Of a stretch of DNA of 64,000 bases, positions 1-9,921 are shown in pieces. The translations under genes were made by a program, and so were the position numbers. The stretch is taken from contig CAVHRT010000001.1 of the NCBI GenBank assembly GCA_963638355.1, forward strand, positions 4,495-68,494. Reading direction: 5' to 3'. The notes below the pieces were generated by a model. It did no database searches and was not told the DNA's origin. It saw only the letters and a list, made by a program, of their open reading frames with translations. The DNA is from Flexilinea sp. Its GTDB lineage: Bacteria; Bacteroidota; Bacteroidia; Bacteroidales; Paludibacteraceae. Position 1 is the stretch's first letter; every line of letters begins with the position of its first letter.

Positions 1-351
1 CGCGGTTTGCAGATAATCGAAAAGGTGGGCGAAACGAACGCGGTGCTCATTGCTGGACCGACATCGGAAAGCAACGACATAATAATCGACGAACTGCTGA
101 TGCGAATCGATTCCACACAAAATGCCATGGGCAAAGTGCGTGTAACACTGCAGGTGCGCCGCGAACTGTGCGATGCGCTGGTGAGCGTGATGCCGAGCAT
201 GCGCCAACCAACCGTTTCGGTGCTCGACGACGAAAATAACATGGTGTGGAGCATTATGGACGAAGTGCGTTTTTGGGATGTGGCTGCCACGCTCAAAGAA
301 AAAGGCGCAACCAACATCGTATTGACACGCGTCGAAAAAGTTATCTTTTGA
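1..351 (+). CDS. hisG: ATP phosphoribosyltransferase, C-terminal part (5' end cut by window edge)
   Basis: The frame is open from nt 1 (track ORF 7..351). The tail ...RQPTVSVLDDENNMVWSIMDE...LKEKGATNIVLTRVEKVIF resembles the HisG C-terminal regulatory domain. This is recalled similarity only. Confidence 0.6.
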   Translation, partial: RGLQIIEKVGETNAVLIAGPTSESNDIIIDELLMRIDSTQNAMGKVRVTLQVRRELCDALVSVMPSMRQPTVSVLDDENNMVWSIMDEVRFWDVAATLKEKGATNIVLTRVEKVIF

Positions 352-398
352 TGACTAAATAACTGAAAATTAAGTAATTAGATAATTAAAAAAGTCTT

Positions 399-1673
399 AT
401 GCAAACAATTGACAAATTCAATTTCGCTGGAAAGAAAGCGATTGTCCGCGTCGACTTCAATGTGCCGCTGGACGAAAATGGTAACATCACCGACGATACT
501 CGCATTCGTGGTGCGCTGCCTACTCTGAAAAAGATTTTGGCCGATGGTGGCGCCGTCATCATCATGAGCCACATGGGCAAACCAAAAGGCAAAGTGAACC
601 CAAAAATGTCGCTTGGTCAGATTGTCGCTCCCGTATCGAAACAACTCGGCGTGGAGGTGAAATTCGCTCACGACTGCGCCAAAGCCGCCGAGGCTGCTGC
701 CGCTCTGAAACCGGGCGAGGCTCTGTTGCTCGAAAACCTTCGTTTCTATCCCGAAGAAGAGGGCAAACCTGTTGGAATCGAGAAAGAAGATCCAGCTTAC
801 GAGGCCGCTAAAAAAGAGATGAAAGCGCGTCAAAAAGATTTCGCAAAAACGCTGGCTTCGTATGCCGATTGCTATGTGAACGATGCTTTTGGCACGGCTC
901 ACCGCAAACACGCTTCGACGGCTGTGATTGCCGACTATTTCGACGCCGACAACAAAATGCTCGGCTATTTGATGGAGAAAGAGGTTGCTGCCGTTGATGC
1001 AGTGCTCAGTAACATCAAACGTCCATTCGTTGCCATCATGGGTGGCTCGAAAGTTTCGTCGAAAATTGGCATTATCGAAAATCTGCTTGGCAAAGTCGAT
1101 AAATTGGTGCTTTGTGGCGGTATGACTTACACATTCTCCAAGGCTCACGGCGGCGAAATCGGTACTTCTATCGTCGAGATGGATAAACTCGATGTGGCTC
1201 TTGGCGTTGAAGAATTGGCTAAGAAAAACGGCGTAGAACTGGTGCTTGGCAGCGATTGTGTCGCTACCGATGGCCTTGATTTCGCTACCATGACTGTAAA
1301 ACCCGGTTCAAAAATCATCAACTGCCCAGCCAACGCAGTTCCCGCTGGAATGGAAGGCGTAGATGCAGGTCCAGAGAGCCGCAAGGCTTTTGCTGAGGCC
1401 ATCAAAGGCGCTAAAACTATTCTGTGGAATGGTCCTGCTGGCGTATTCGAGTGCGACAAATTCTGCGACGGCTCGCGTGCCATTGGCGAGGCCATTGCTC
1501 AAGCTACAAAAGAGGGCGCATTCTCGCTCATCGGTGGCGGCGACTCGGTTGCCTGCGTTAATAAGTTTGGCTTGGCCGACCAAGTATCGTATATCTCGAC
1601 TGGCGGCGGCGCACTGCTCGAAGCCATCGAAGGCAAAGTGCTGCCTGGAATTGCTGCCATCAAGGGGGAATAA
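399..1673 (+). CDS. pgk: phosphoglycerate kinase
   Basis: 424 aa. The N-terminus [39 protein letters not shown] and the motifs ...MSHMGKPKG..., NDAFGTAHR and [10 protein letters not shown] are classic PGK motifs. Confidence 0.95.
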   Translation: MQTIDKFNFAGKKAIVRVDFNVPLDENGNITDDTRIRGALPTLKKILADGGAVIIMSHMGKPKGKVNPKMSLGQIVAPVSKQLGVEVKFAHDCAKAAEAAAALKPGEALLLENLRFYPEEEGKPVGIEKEDPAYEAAKKEMKARQKDFAKTLASYADCYVNDAFGTAHRKHASTAVIADYFDADNKMLGYLMEKEVAAVDAVLSNIKRPFVAIMGGSKVSSKIGIIENLLGKVDKLVLCGGMTYTFSKAHGGEIGTSIVEMDKLDVALGVEELAKKNGVELVLGSDCVATDGLDFATMTVKPGSKIINCPANAVPAGMEGVDAGPESRKAFAEAIKGAKTILWNGPAGVFECDKFCDGSRAIGEAIAQATKEGAFSLIGGGDSVACVNKFGLADQVSYISTGGGALLEAIEGKVLPGIAAIKGE

Positions 1674-1697
1674 TCCTTCCCAGAAAAAATAATCGAA

Positions 1698-1731
1698 CTG
1701 AGGTGCAAAACTCTTGCATCTCAGTTTTTTT
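1698..1731 (+). terminator. rho-independent terminator of pgk
   Basis: An 11-bp stem (ctgaggtgcaa / ttgcatctcag, one G-U pair) with a 5-nt loop is followed by a T7 run, 25 nt after the pgk stop. Confidence 0.7.
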
Positions 1732-1789
1732 ATACCCTTTCGGGTATAATTCAGTAAATTTTCAGCAAAAATATACCTTATCGGGTATA
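1731..1789. repeat. two copies of the inverted repeat TATACC(C)-N4/5-GGGTATAA(T)
   Basis: tataccctttcgggtataat (1731-1750) and tataccttatcgggtataa (1772-1790) lie 41 nt apart between the convergent pgk and GH53 genes. Confidence 0.5.
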
Positions 1790-1811
1790 ATTTTGGTGCA
1801 TTTTAGGGTCG

Positions 1812-1853
1812 AAAAAAGGCGTGCAGAGAGTTTCTACACGCCCTAGTTTTTTT
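1812..1853 (-). terminator. probable terminator of the GH53 gene (A-run/hairpin/T-run, possibly bidirectional)
   Basis: aaaaaa-ggcgtg-(13 nt)-cacgcc-ctag-ttttttt. Read on the minus strand, the 6-bp stem is followed directly by T6. Confidence 0.4.
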
Positions 1854-1864
1854 CGGGATTGCGG

Positions 1865-2992
1865 TTATTCCACGACTCTGAAATTTTTCAATTCGTAGAG
1901 GGCTGGCAGTGCGCGCCCGTTGCTGTTGTTGAACAGTCCGCGGTTGGTCCAGCCGTCGATTATGCCCGTCCATTTGGCCTCGTTTTCTTCGGGGAACCAG
2001 TAGAAAAGTCCCGTAACTTGCTTGTATTTGCGCAGTCGGTTGACGAGCGTTTGGGTCATTTTGGCCTGACCAGCTGGCGTGGCGGGGTAGGTGGCGGTGA
2101 AGTCGTAGGTGGCATCGCTCGGATACCAATTGTTGTAGTAGCCGTATTCCACAATCATCACCTCTTTGCTGGAAAATTTTTGTGCGAGTGAATTTAGCGT
2201 TGTGCCGAGTGCATCGACGTTGCCATGCCAATGCGGGTAGTAACTGAGTCCGATGATGTCGTAGTCCACCGAGTTGTCGGCCATGCTTTGGTAGAACCAA
2301 GTTACGCGGTCGGTCTTTTGTGGGCGCTCGATGTGAAGCACAATTTTGGCATTTGGACAACATTCGCGGCAGGCTTTTCCAGCCGATTTCAGCAGGGTGG
2401 TGAAGTTGCTCATGTTGCTTGTGCTGCCGTCGGGCCACAGCATGCCACCAGTTATCTCGTTGCCCGTTTGAATGTAGTCGGGTGTGCAGCCAGCAGCGTT
2501 CAGTGTGTCGAGGACGCCTTTGGTGTAATCGTAGATTTTTGTGGTTAATTCGCTGAATGTGAGATCTTTCCATGCGGCTGGCTTGGTCTGTTTCACGGGG
2601 TCGGCCCAACCATCGGAGTAGTGAAAATCGAGCATAAATTGGAAGCCTGCAGCCTTGATTTTTTTGGCAAAATTCAGCACATAATCAAGGTCTTGGCACG
2701 AGTCGCTCTTGGTGTTTGGGTTCACAAACAGGCGCACGCGAATGCAGTTGAATTTTTGGTCGGCAAAGAGTGTGAGTGCATCCACGGAATTGCCTAGCGT
2801 GTCGCGATAGACGGCTTTTGCCTCTTCGTAGCGTGGCAGCAGCGAAAGGTCGGCACCGAGCACCAAGTTGTCGTCGTAGACCAACTCTGGCTCCTCTTTT
2901 TGCTGATCGTCCTTCTGTTCGGTTGGCTCATTTTTTTTGTTGCACGCCACCAACATAGCAGCAGCCATTGCCATTAAAAACAATTTTTTCAT
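1865..2992 (-). CDS. arabinogalactan endo-beta-1,4-galactanase (GH53), lipoprotein
   Basis: It has a lipobox signal MKKLFLMAMAAAMLVAC. The motifs FNCIRVRLFVNP, DFHYSDGWADP and IQTGNEITGGMLWP are typical of GH53. Confidence 0.88.
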   Translation of the reverse strand: MKKLFLMAMAAAMLVACNKKNEPTEQKDDQQKEEPELVYDDNLVLGADLSLLPRYEEAKAVYRDTLGNSVDALTLFADQKFNCIRVRLFVNPNTKSDSCQDLDYVLNFAKKIKAAGFQFMLDFHYSDGWADPVKQTKPAAWKDLTFSELTTKIYDYTKGVLDTLNAAGCTPDYIQTGNEITGGMLWPDGSTSNMSNFTTLLKSAGKACRECCPNAKIVLHIERPQKTDRVTWFYQSMADNSVDYDIIGLSYYPHWHGNVDALGTTLNSLAQKFSSKEVMIVEYGYYNNWYPSDATYDFTATYPATPAGQAKMTQTLVNRLRKYKQVTGLFYWFPEENEAKWTGIIDGWTNRGLFNNSNGRALPALYELKNFRVVE

Positions 2993-3041
2993 AGTCGTAT
3001 AAATTTGAAATTTCCTCGATGAAATCGCGGTTTTTTGATGT

Positions 3042-5492
3042 TTATCGCATGTCGATTCGCTTCAGTTCCACTTCGCCATTTTCCAACAAGACGATTATCG
3101 AAGTCAGTTCTGCGGCATTCGGGCGAAGGTCGGTCTGTTTTGGCTCGGTTGGCGTGAAGGCGAACCAAGGATATGCTGAGCGTGTTTGCACGGCAGCGCA
3201 TGGCCGAAAATCGTCGATGTTTACGCCAATTTTTGATGTTTCGCTAGTTAATTTTTGGTGATTTTCGAAATAGCGGCCCTCTTTGTCAGTTAAGATGATG
3301 CGAATTTGCGCTTCATCGTCAGTTTTTGCCGATAAAATGGCGATTTTGCAACTATCTAACTGATGTTGGCACAGGTCGATTTGCATGCCAGCGCCACCTT
3401 CGTAGTTTTCTTCGGTTTTCAGACGAATGGCATCGGGCAGATAGTCGATTTTTACGCCATTTCGCCAAATTATTTCGGTTGCGTCAATATCATTTTCGGC
3501 ATTAAACGCGATGTGTTTGCCAACAATTGTGGTGTAGCAGTTTAGTCCCGTATAGTCCCACTGATGCGGCAAACCTGCGCAATCATCGGGAAAAGTGCGC
3601 ACATTGCCATCGGTGTAGAGTGCGATGTTGTACTCAAAAATGCCGTTGGTTGTGGCGTTGGCGGGCAGCGTGGCGCTCCAGTTTATCGCATCTTTTTGGT
3701 CGAATTTCATGCGAATGGGGCGTCCCCATTTCATCTGACCAAACAGAACGATAGAATCGATTTCTTGTGGAGCAATGGCTTGAATATCAATTTGTTGCTC
3801 TTTGCCTGCTTGCCAACTTTTGGCGGCGTGGTTTGTGAGGTAGGGCTTGTCGCAATCGGTGAGCAGTTGGAAACTCTCAAAAAGTCCCAAATTGCCCATT
3901 TCATCGAGCGATTTTGCATCGATGCTGTCATTCAAAATCAGGTAAGTGCCGGGCGAAACCTTGAACGAATTGCGGTCGATTTGGCTTTCGCCGCGGACGT
4001 TCACGAGGCGACATTTTTCGTCGAGGTCGGGCAGCGACAGTTGCATGGTGTGGCGGTCGTTTTTGATGACTGCCACGGTGCGTTGTGGCGAATTGTGCTG
4101 ACGGAATGGATTGTTCACCACCATGGCATCGGGATAGACCTCGAGCCGCCAAGCACCATCTTTTATCTTGTCGATGAAATAGGCTCCGCTGCCGTCGTAT
4201 TTTACTACGGGCGATGAGCCGCACCCTGCAACTTGCGCCAATTCATCGAGGTTTTTGGGCTGTTCGTCGGTCGAGTTTGAATATGCAAAAATGGTGTCGC
4301 AGTTGAGCAGACTCAGATTTTTTGTGGCATCGACTTTGAAATTTTCGAATGCTGAATTTTCGGGATAATCGCCAAAACTTTCACCCCTTTTTATGTGGCG
4401 GAATGCCTCGGCTGCAATGCGGTAACTGATGGCTTTTTGCGGCGTGTAGGCGATGTTCAGAAAGTGTGTGTTATAATCGGTATTGGCGTGCGCAATCACT
4501 AGCGGATCGTAGGCAAACATAGTGGCCCATTGGAAACCCGCCTCGCGAAACGACCGTGCCATGGCTGGATACATGTAACTGTCCAAAATGTCGGCGGCAT
4601 CGAACTCGTAGACCACGCGTGCTTTGTTGGCAAATTTTTTCTTATCGACAAAAGGAATGGTGTAATGCTCTACCAGTGGAAGAAAATTCTCGGTGCGAGC
4701 GTGCCCACTCACCAGTCCGCTTGGATACCACTGAAAAGTTACGCCATCGATTTTTGCTGCCAAATAACTGTCGATCATCGAGGCATTTTCGGCTACGTTG
4801 TAGAAAATTGGCTTTTGGCAACCCGCTTTTCGTAGTGCTTTCACCATTCGGTTGACGTATGCTGTGAGCTGACGGGTGCGGTCGGGTGCGGTTTGGCTTG
4901 GCTCGTTGTTCACCTCTATCGCCACAATGTTGGGGTCGGCGGCGTAGGTGTAGCCCGTGTACGGATTGCGATGTTGCATCAGTTGGGTGAGGTAGCGTTC
5001 GTGTGCAGCCACGGTCGCTTCGTCCCAAGTGGCTTCGTTTTTCGCGATTTTTGCCGAAAATCCTGGCAGTGAGCGGTCGTCGGGTTCGGGCCAGCCATTG
5101 CCCCAAAAGGCTATGCCAGTGATGAGCGTTTTAGCCCCGCGTTCGGCAAATTTTGCAATGGTATAATCGAGTAAATCTAAGTGGTCGTTGGTGAGCAAAT
5201 TGCCCTTTTCATCGGAAATTTCCACGTCCCACACATGCACCCGAAAGGCGTTTGCGCCAAGGCGAGTCATGTGGTACACGTCGCGGTCGATGGCGGCTTT
5301 GAAGTTGGCTCCAACACGCTGATGCATGCGGTAGCCATGAGCAAATGGCATGCAATAGTTGAATCCGAAAAATGCGCACTCTTGTCCGTTGGCATCGCGT
5401 AAAACGCCGTTTTTATCGACCGAATAGTTTTGCGCCACGCTTGCCGAAAGTGCCAGCCCTGCGAGCAGAAATGCCAGAAAAGTTCGTTTCAT
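3042..5492 (-). CDS. secreted clan GH-A (TIM-barrel) glycoside hydrolase, probable beta-galactosidase/exo-galactanase partner of GH53
   Basis: 816 aa with a signal peptide MKRTFLAFLLAGLALSASVAQ. The motifs ANAFRVHVWD and IVAIEVNNEPS (NEP acid/base motif) are followed by a long C-terminal extension. The exact GH family (GH5-like or GH147-like) cannot be decided by eye. Confidence 0.7.
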   Translation of the reverse strand: MKRTFLAFLLAGLALSASVAQNYSVDKNGVLRDANGQECAFFGFNYCMPFAHGYRMHQRVGANFKAAIDRDVYHMTRLGANAFRVHVWDVEISDEKGNLLTNDHLDLLDYTIAKFAERGAKTLITGIAFWGNGWPEPDDRSLPGFSAKIAKNEATWDEATVAAHERYLTQLMQHRNPYTGYTYAADPNIVAIEVNNEPSQTAPDRTRQLTAYVNRMVKALRKAGCQKPIFYNVAENASMIDSYLAAKIDGVTFQWYPSGLVSGHARTENFLPLVEHYTIPFVDKKKFANKARVVYEFDAADILDSYMYPAMARSFREAGFQWATMFAYDPLVIAHANTDYNTHFLNIAYTPQKAISYRIAAEAFRHIKRGESFGDYPENSAFENFKVDATKNLSLLNCDTIFAYSNSTDEQPKNLDELAQVAGCGSSPVVKYDGSGAYFIDKIKDGAWRLEVYPDAMVVNNPFRQHNSPQRTVAVIKNDRHTMQLSLPDLDEKCRLVNVRGESQIDRNSFKVSPGTYLILNDSIDAKSLDEMGNLGLFESFQLLTDCDKPYLTNHAAKSWQAGKEQQIDIQAIAPQEIDSIVLFGQMKWGRPIRMKFDQKDAINWSATLPANATTNGIFEYNIALYTDGNVRTFPDDCAGLPHQWDYTGLNCYTTIVGKHIAFNAENDIDATEIIWRNGVKIDYLPDAIRLKTEENYEGGAGMQIDLCQHQLDSCKIAILSAKTDDEAQIRIILTDKEGRYFENHQKLTSETSKIGVNIDDFRPCAAVQTRSAYPWFAFTPTEPKQTDLRPNAAELTSIIVLLENGEVELKRIDMR

Positions 5493-5678
5493 ATTATTTT
5501 GATTAAACGCTGTGAACCAAGCTCGATTGCAGAAAATCTGTCTTTTGTCCTTTGTTTTTATTCTTTAATCTGCTCGCAAAATTACTCAAAAACTTGCGAT
5601 TTTCAACTTAAAAGCGCATTTTTCGACAAAAATGTTCGTTTTTTCTCCCGTTTTGTGTTCTTTCTTTTGAAAAATGTT

Positions 5679-5686
5679 TATCTTTG
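5679..5686 (+). promoter_or_regulatory. candidate Bacteroidetes -7 promoter box (TAnnTTTG) for galM-galK
   Basis: tatctttg matches TAnnTTTG. A TTTG lies at 5652-5655, about 23 nt upstream. The box sits in the 325-nt divergent spacer. Confidence 0.35.
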
Positions 5687-5817
5687 CGAGATTAAAAAGG
5701 TTAGCGGTTAGAGATGAAAGGTTAGAGGAGGGTATTGCAACCAAAAACAAACATGGACGTGGCATGCCGCGTCCCTACATCTTGCCGCAGATTTTTGTAC
5801 TTTTATTTCACACTGAT

Positions 5818-6885
5818 ATGAAAACACTTTCAGGTCTCGATTCGGAGCGGTTCGAAATGCTGCTCGATGGCAAAAAAACGGAACTTACGGTGCTGAAAAA
5901 TGCCCATGGTTGCGAGGTGGCGCTACTCAACTACGGCGCGCGCATTGTGTCGCTGCTGGTGCCCGACAAAAATGGCAAAATGGTCGATGTGGTCACTGGT
6001 CACGAGAGCATTGCCGACTATCTGACAACCGAAGAGACCTATTTTGGCGCCATCTGCGGACGTTATGCAAACCGCATTGCGCGCGGGCATTTTTCGCTCG
6101 ATGGAAAAGATTACAATCTTGCGATAAACAATGGACCAAATTCGTTGCACGGCGGCGTGAAAGGTTTCACTTTTCGTGTTTGGGATGTGGAGAAATTGTC
6201 CGATGAAATGGCGGTTTTTCGACTCACTGCTGCCGATGGCGAGGAGGGTTATCCCGGCAATTTGCAAGTGGAAGTGCGCTACACTTTGACCGACGAAAAC
6301 ATCGTGAAAATCGACTACCGCGCCACTACCGACAAACCAACGGTTTTGAACTTGACAAATCACACCTATTTCAACCTTTCGGGCGAGGGCGAACCCACTG
6401 CCGAAGATCATATCGTTACCATTCATGCCGATGAATTTTTGCCGATGGACGACACTTCCATTCCGTACGGAAAACCTGAAAAAGTGGCGGATTCACCGAT
6501 GGATTTTCGCACACCGCATGTGGTTGGCGAGCGCATCGAGGCGGACTATGAGCAGTTGCACTTCGGTCGTGGCTACGATCACACCTTTATCATCAAAAAA
6601 AATGCCGATGAAATGGCGGTTGCGGTAGAATGCGTATCGCCAAAAACGGGCGTAAAACTGACTGTTGTGAGCGATCAACCGGGCGTGCAGTTCTATTCGG
6701 CAAACTGGATGACGGGCAACATGCTGGGCAAACATGGTCATCGCTACCCAATGCGCGCTGCACTGTGTTTCGAGACGCAACATTTCCCCGATAGCCCGAA
6801 CAAACCAGAATATCCGAGCGTGGTTTTGCGCCCAGGCGAAGTCTTCGAGAGCAAAACTGAATTCCGCTTTTCATTATCAATCTGA
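5818..6885 (+). CDS. galM: aldose 1-epimerase (galactose mutarotase)
   Basis: Motifs YFGAICGRYANRIA, NSLHGG and CFETQHFPDSPN. The start is moved from the track's 5674 to ATG 5818 (MKTLSGLD...) because the upstream 48 codons look like non-coding leader. Confidence 0.88.
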   Translation: MKTLSGLDSERFEMLLDGKKTELTVLKNAHGCEVALLNYGARIVSLLVPDKNGKMVDVVTGHESIADYLTTEETYFGAICGRYANRIARGHFSLDGKDYNLAINNGPNSLHGGVKGFTFRVWDVEKLSDEMAVFRLTAADGEEGYPGNLQVEVRYTLTDENIVKIDYRATTDKPTVLNLTNHTYFNLSGEGEPTAEDHIVTIHADEFLPMDDTSIPYGKPEKVADSPMDFRTPHVVGERIEADYEQLHFGRGYDHTFIIKKNADEMAVAVECVSPKTGVKLTVVSDQPGVQFYSANWMTGNMLGKHGHRYPMRAALCFETQHFPDSPNKPEYPSVVLRPGEVFESKTEFRFSLSI

Positions 6886-6912
6886 AATTTTCAATCTGAA
6901 ATTTTTAATACC

Positions 6913-8073
6913 ATGGAAATCGATTATGTACAAAGCCGTTTTTTGAAACATTTCGACGGCAAAGAGGGCAGCGTTTATGCATCGCCCGGACGAATTAACT
7001 TGATTGGCGAACACACCGATTACAACGGCGGATTTGTCTTCCCCGGTGCCATCGACAAAGGCATCGTGTGTGAAATTCGCCCCAACGGCACCAACACGGT
7101 GATGTGCTATTCCATCGACCTGAAAGACCGCGTGGAGTTCAAAGTGGACGACCCCGAAGGTCCGCGGGCTAGCTGGGCGCGCTATATCTACGGCGTGGTG
7201 CAAGAGATGAGAAAACGCGGTGTCGATGTGAAAGGCTTCAACACGGCATTTGCTGGCGATGTGCCGCTGGGTGCGGGATTGTCGTCGTCGGCTGCGCTCG
7301 AGAGTTGTTTTGCTTTTGCGTTGAACGATCTTTTCGGCGAAAATCGTGTGTCGAAATGGGATCTTGTGCTGGCAGGACAGGCCACCGAGCATAACTATTG
7401 CGGTGTGAATTGTGGCATCATGGATCAATTTGCAAGTGTCTTCGGACAAAAAGGCAAACTGATGCGTCTCGACTGTCGCAGTCGCGAGTTCGAGTATTTC
7501 CCATTCGATCCGAAAGACTACAAACTCGTTTTGGTCGATTCGGTGGTGAAACACGAACTCTCTGGTTCGCCATACAACGATCGTCGCCGTTCGTGCGAGA
7601 ATGTGGTGTCGGCAATTGTGGCAAAATTCCCCGATAAAACCGTGGAAACGCTGCGCGATGCCGACTGGCAAATGCTCGATGCTGTGAAAAACGAAGTGAG
7701 TGCCGAAGATTTGAAACGCGCCACCTTCGTTTTGGGCGAAAAAGACCGCGTGCTGGCCGTTTGCGATGCGTTGAACCGCGGCGATTACGAAACCGTAGGT
7801 CAGAAAATGTACGAAACGCACCATGGCTTGAGTGCCGACTACGAGGTTTCGTGCGAGGAACTCGACTTCTTGAACGATGTGGCAAAAGCCGATGGCGTTA
7901 CGGGCAGTCGCATTATGGGCGGCGGCTTTGGCGGTTGCACCATCAATTTGGTGAAAGACGAAATCTACGACCATTTTGTGGCCGATGTCAAAGAAAAATA
8001 CAAAGCAAAATACGGAAAAGAGCCAAAAATCTACGATGTTGTCATCAGCGATGGCTCACGCAAAATTTGCTAA
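6913..8073 (+). CDS. galK: galactokinase
   Basis: GRINLIGEHTDYNGG is the galactokinase signature, GAGLSSSAAL is the GHMP kinase motif, and GGGFGGC is also present. Confidence 0.95.
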   Translation: MEIDYVQSRFLKHFDGKEGSVYASPGRINLIGEHTDYNGGFVFPGAIDKGIVCEIRPNGTNTVMCYSIDLKDRVEFKVDDPEGPRASWARYIYGVVQEMRKRGVDVKGFNTAFAGDVPLGAGLSSSAALESCFAFALNDLFGENRVSKWDLVLAGQATEHNYCGVNCGIMDQFASVFGQKGKLMRLDCRSREFEYFPFDPKDYKLVLVDSVVKHELSGSPYNDRRRSCENVVSAIVAKFPDKTVETLRDADWQMLDAVKNEVSAEDLKRATFVLGEKDRVLAVCDALNRGDYETVGQKMYETHHGLSADYEVSCEELDFLNDVAKADGVTGSRIMGGGFGGCTINLVKDEIYDHFVADVKEKYKAKYGKEPKIYDVVISDGSRKIC

Positions 8074-8100
8074 AAACCGCCATTTCATCGGAAAAAATCA

Positions 8101-8134
8101 GTGGTTCAGTGTCGCGGCATTGAACCACTTTTTT
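8101..8134 (+). terminator. rho-independent terminator of galK
   Basis: A perfect 8-bp stem gtggttca/tgaaccac with a 12-nt loop is followed by T6. Confidence 0.65.
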
Positions 8135-8151
8135 AGTGTCGTAACTTTTTG

Positions 8152-8159
8152 TAAATTTG
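8152..8159 (+). promoter_or_regulatory. candidate -7 promoter box (TAAATTTG) for cvpA
   Basis: taaatttg matches TAnnTTTG, 26 nt upstream of ATG 8185. The same octamer recurs at 16005 and 47167. Confidence 0.35.
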
Positions 8160-8184
8160 CAATCTGAAAAAAGCAGAAATTTCA

Positions 8185-8688
8185 ATGACAACCCTCGACA
8201 TCATCATTCTTATTCCGCTGGCTTACGGTTTGGTGCGCGGATTTTTTCACGGATTTTTCAAAGAGATGGCTTCGCTCGTGAGCGTGGTGCTTGGCATTGT
8301 GGCGGCACGGCTCTGGGGCGGCGATTTTGGCGATTATTTTGTGGCGCAGTTTGCATGGAGCGAACAGGTGTCGCAAGCTGTGGCGTATTTCACGCTGTTT
8401 TTGGGTGTTGCGCTGCTGCTCAATCTGCTAGCATGGTTGCTTGGTAAACTATTTTCGGCGGCGAGCCTCGGTTGGCTCAATAAACTTGCTGGCGCAGTGT
8501 TTGGAACGTTGAAATTCGCTCTTGTGGTCAGCATTTTGCTCAATTGCTTTGCTAGCGTTAACGATTTTACCAAGTGGGTCGACTATGAAACGCTGCAAAA
8601 ATCTGCCCTCTACGAACCGCTAAAAAATATCGCGCCCACAGCGTGGACTGGCGTGCAGCAGTTTGGCGTGCAGGAATCTGAAAACTAG
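8185..8688 (+). CDS. cvpA: CvpA family membrane protein
   Basis: 167 aa with about 4 hydrophobic helices. The N-terminus MTTLDIIILIPLAYGLVRGFFHGF is typical of the CvpA family. Confidence 0.78.
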   Translation: MTTLDIIILIPLAYGLVRGFFHGFFKEMASLVSVVLGIVAARLWGGDFGDYFVAQFAWSEQVSQAVAYFTLFLGVALLLNLLAWLLGKLFSAASLGWLNKLAGAVFGTLKFALVVSILLNCFASVNDFTKWVDYETLQKSALYEPLKNIAPTAWTGVQQFGVQESEN

Positions 8689-8704
8689 AAATTAAAATTT
8701 AGAG

Positions 8705-9862
8705 ATGAAATCAGCGAACGAATTTTCTGCTCTCGACTATAGCGGCTTTCCATCGCCGTGCTATGTGGTGGAGGAGTCGCTCTTGAGGCGAAATCTTGCG
8801 CTCATTCGGTCGGTGGCCGAGCGTGCAGGAGTTGAGATTATTGTGGCATTCAAGGCTTTTGCGCTGTGGAAGACTTTTCCGATTTTCCGTGAATACATCG
8901 ACCATAGCACCGCTAGTTCGTTGGCCGAGGCGCGCATGGCTCTCGAAAAATTTGGCAGCAAAGCGCATACTTACGCGCCCATCTATACCGATCAGGATTT
9001 TCCGCAAATAGCCGCTTGCAGCAGTCATATCACCTTCAATTCGCTTTCGCAATATGCACATTTTGCGGAGCAGGCACGTGTGGCGGGTGTTTCGTGCGGA
9101 CTTCGCATCAATCCCGAATTTTCTGATGTGGAGACTGCGCTCTACAATCCTTGTGCGCCTGGTTCGCGGTTGGGCGTTACGGCCGATGCATTGGGCGATC
9201 AGCTTCCCGAAGGCATCGAAGGACTGCATTTTCACACGCTTTGCGAATCTACTTCGTACGATTTGGAGCGCACCTTGGTTGTGGTGGAGCAGCGTTTTGG
9301 AAAGTTTTTCAGTCAGATAAAATGGCTAAACATGGGCGGCGGACACCTGATGACGCGCGCCGACTACGATGTGGAGCATTTGATCGCGCTTTTGCAAAAT
9401 TTCCGCCGAAAATATCCCAATCTCAAGATTATTCTCGAGCCTGGGAGCGCATTTGCTTGGCGCACTGGCGTGTTGGTTTCGACTGTGCAAGATGTCGTGG
9501 AAAATCACGGTGTGCGCACTGCCATGCTCGATGTGTCGTTCGCTTGCCACATGCCCGACTGCTTGGAAATGCCCTACAAACCTGCCATCGTTGGTGCAAC
9601 CGATGCCGTGGCGGGCAAACCTACTTACCGCATGGGCGGCAATTCGTGCCTGAGTGGCGACTACTATGGCGATTGGAGTTTCGACCACGAACTGCAGCGC
9701 GGCGACCGCATCGTCTTCGAGGATATGATTCATTACACCACCGTGAAAACTACAATGTTCAATGGCGTGGCGCACCCCAGCATTGCCATTCGTCACTGCG
9801 ATGGAACCATCGAAATGTTGCGCCGCTATTCTCCTGATGATTATTTGGAGAGGATGGATTGA
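8705..9862 (+). CDS. nspC: carboxynorspermidine decarboxylase
   Basis: 385 aa. The motifs PSPCYVVEESLLRRNL, NMGGGH and GGNSCLSGD, plus the overall length, fit NspC. Confidence 0.88.
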   Translation: MKSANEFSALDYSGFPSPCYVVEESLLRRNLALIRSVAERAGVEIIVAFKAFALWKTFPIFREYIDHSTASSLAEARMALEKFGSKAHTYAPIYTDQDFPQIAACSSHITFNSLSQYAHFAEQARVAGVSCGLRINPEFSDVETALYNPCAPGSRLGVTADALGDQLPEGIEGLHFHTLCESTSYDLERTLVVVEQRFGKFFSQIKWLNMGGGHLMTRADYDVEHLIALLQNFRRKYPNLKIILEPGSAFAWRTGVLVSTVQDVVENHGVRTAMLDVSFACHMPDCLEMPYKPAIVGATDAVAGKPTYRMGGNSCLSGDYYGDWSFDHELQRGDRIVFEDMIHYTTVKTTMFNGVAHPSIAIRHCDGTIEMLRRYSPDDYLERMD

Positions 9863-9921
9863 TTTAATTACCCAATTTCCAATTATTCAATTGTCTAATT
9901 GTTGGGTGGATAAATGCGGTT

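Noticed and set aside
5674-5817. Upstream 48 codons of the galM track ORF.
   Set aside because: They contain the candidate promoter box and homopolymer-rich leader sequence, and the mutarotase similarity begins at MKTLSG (5818).
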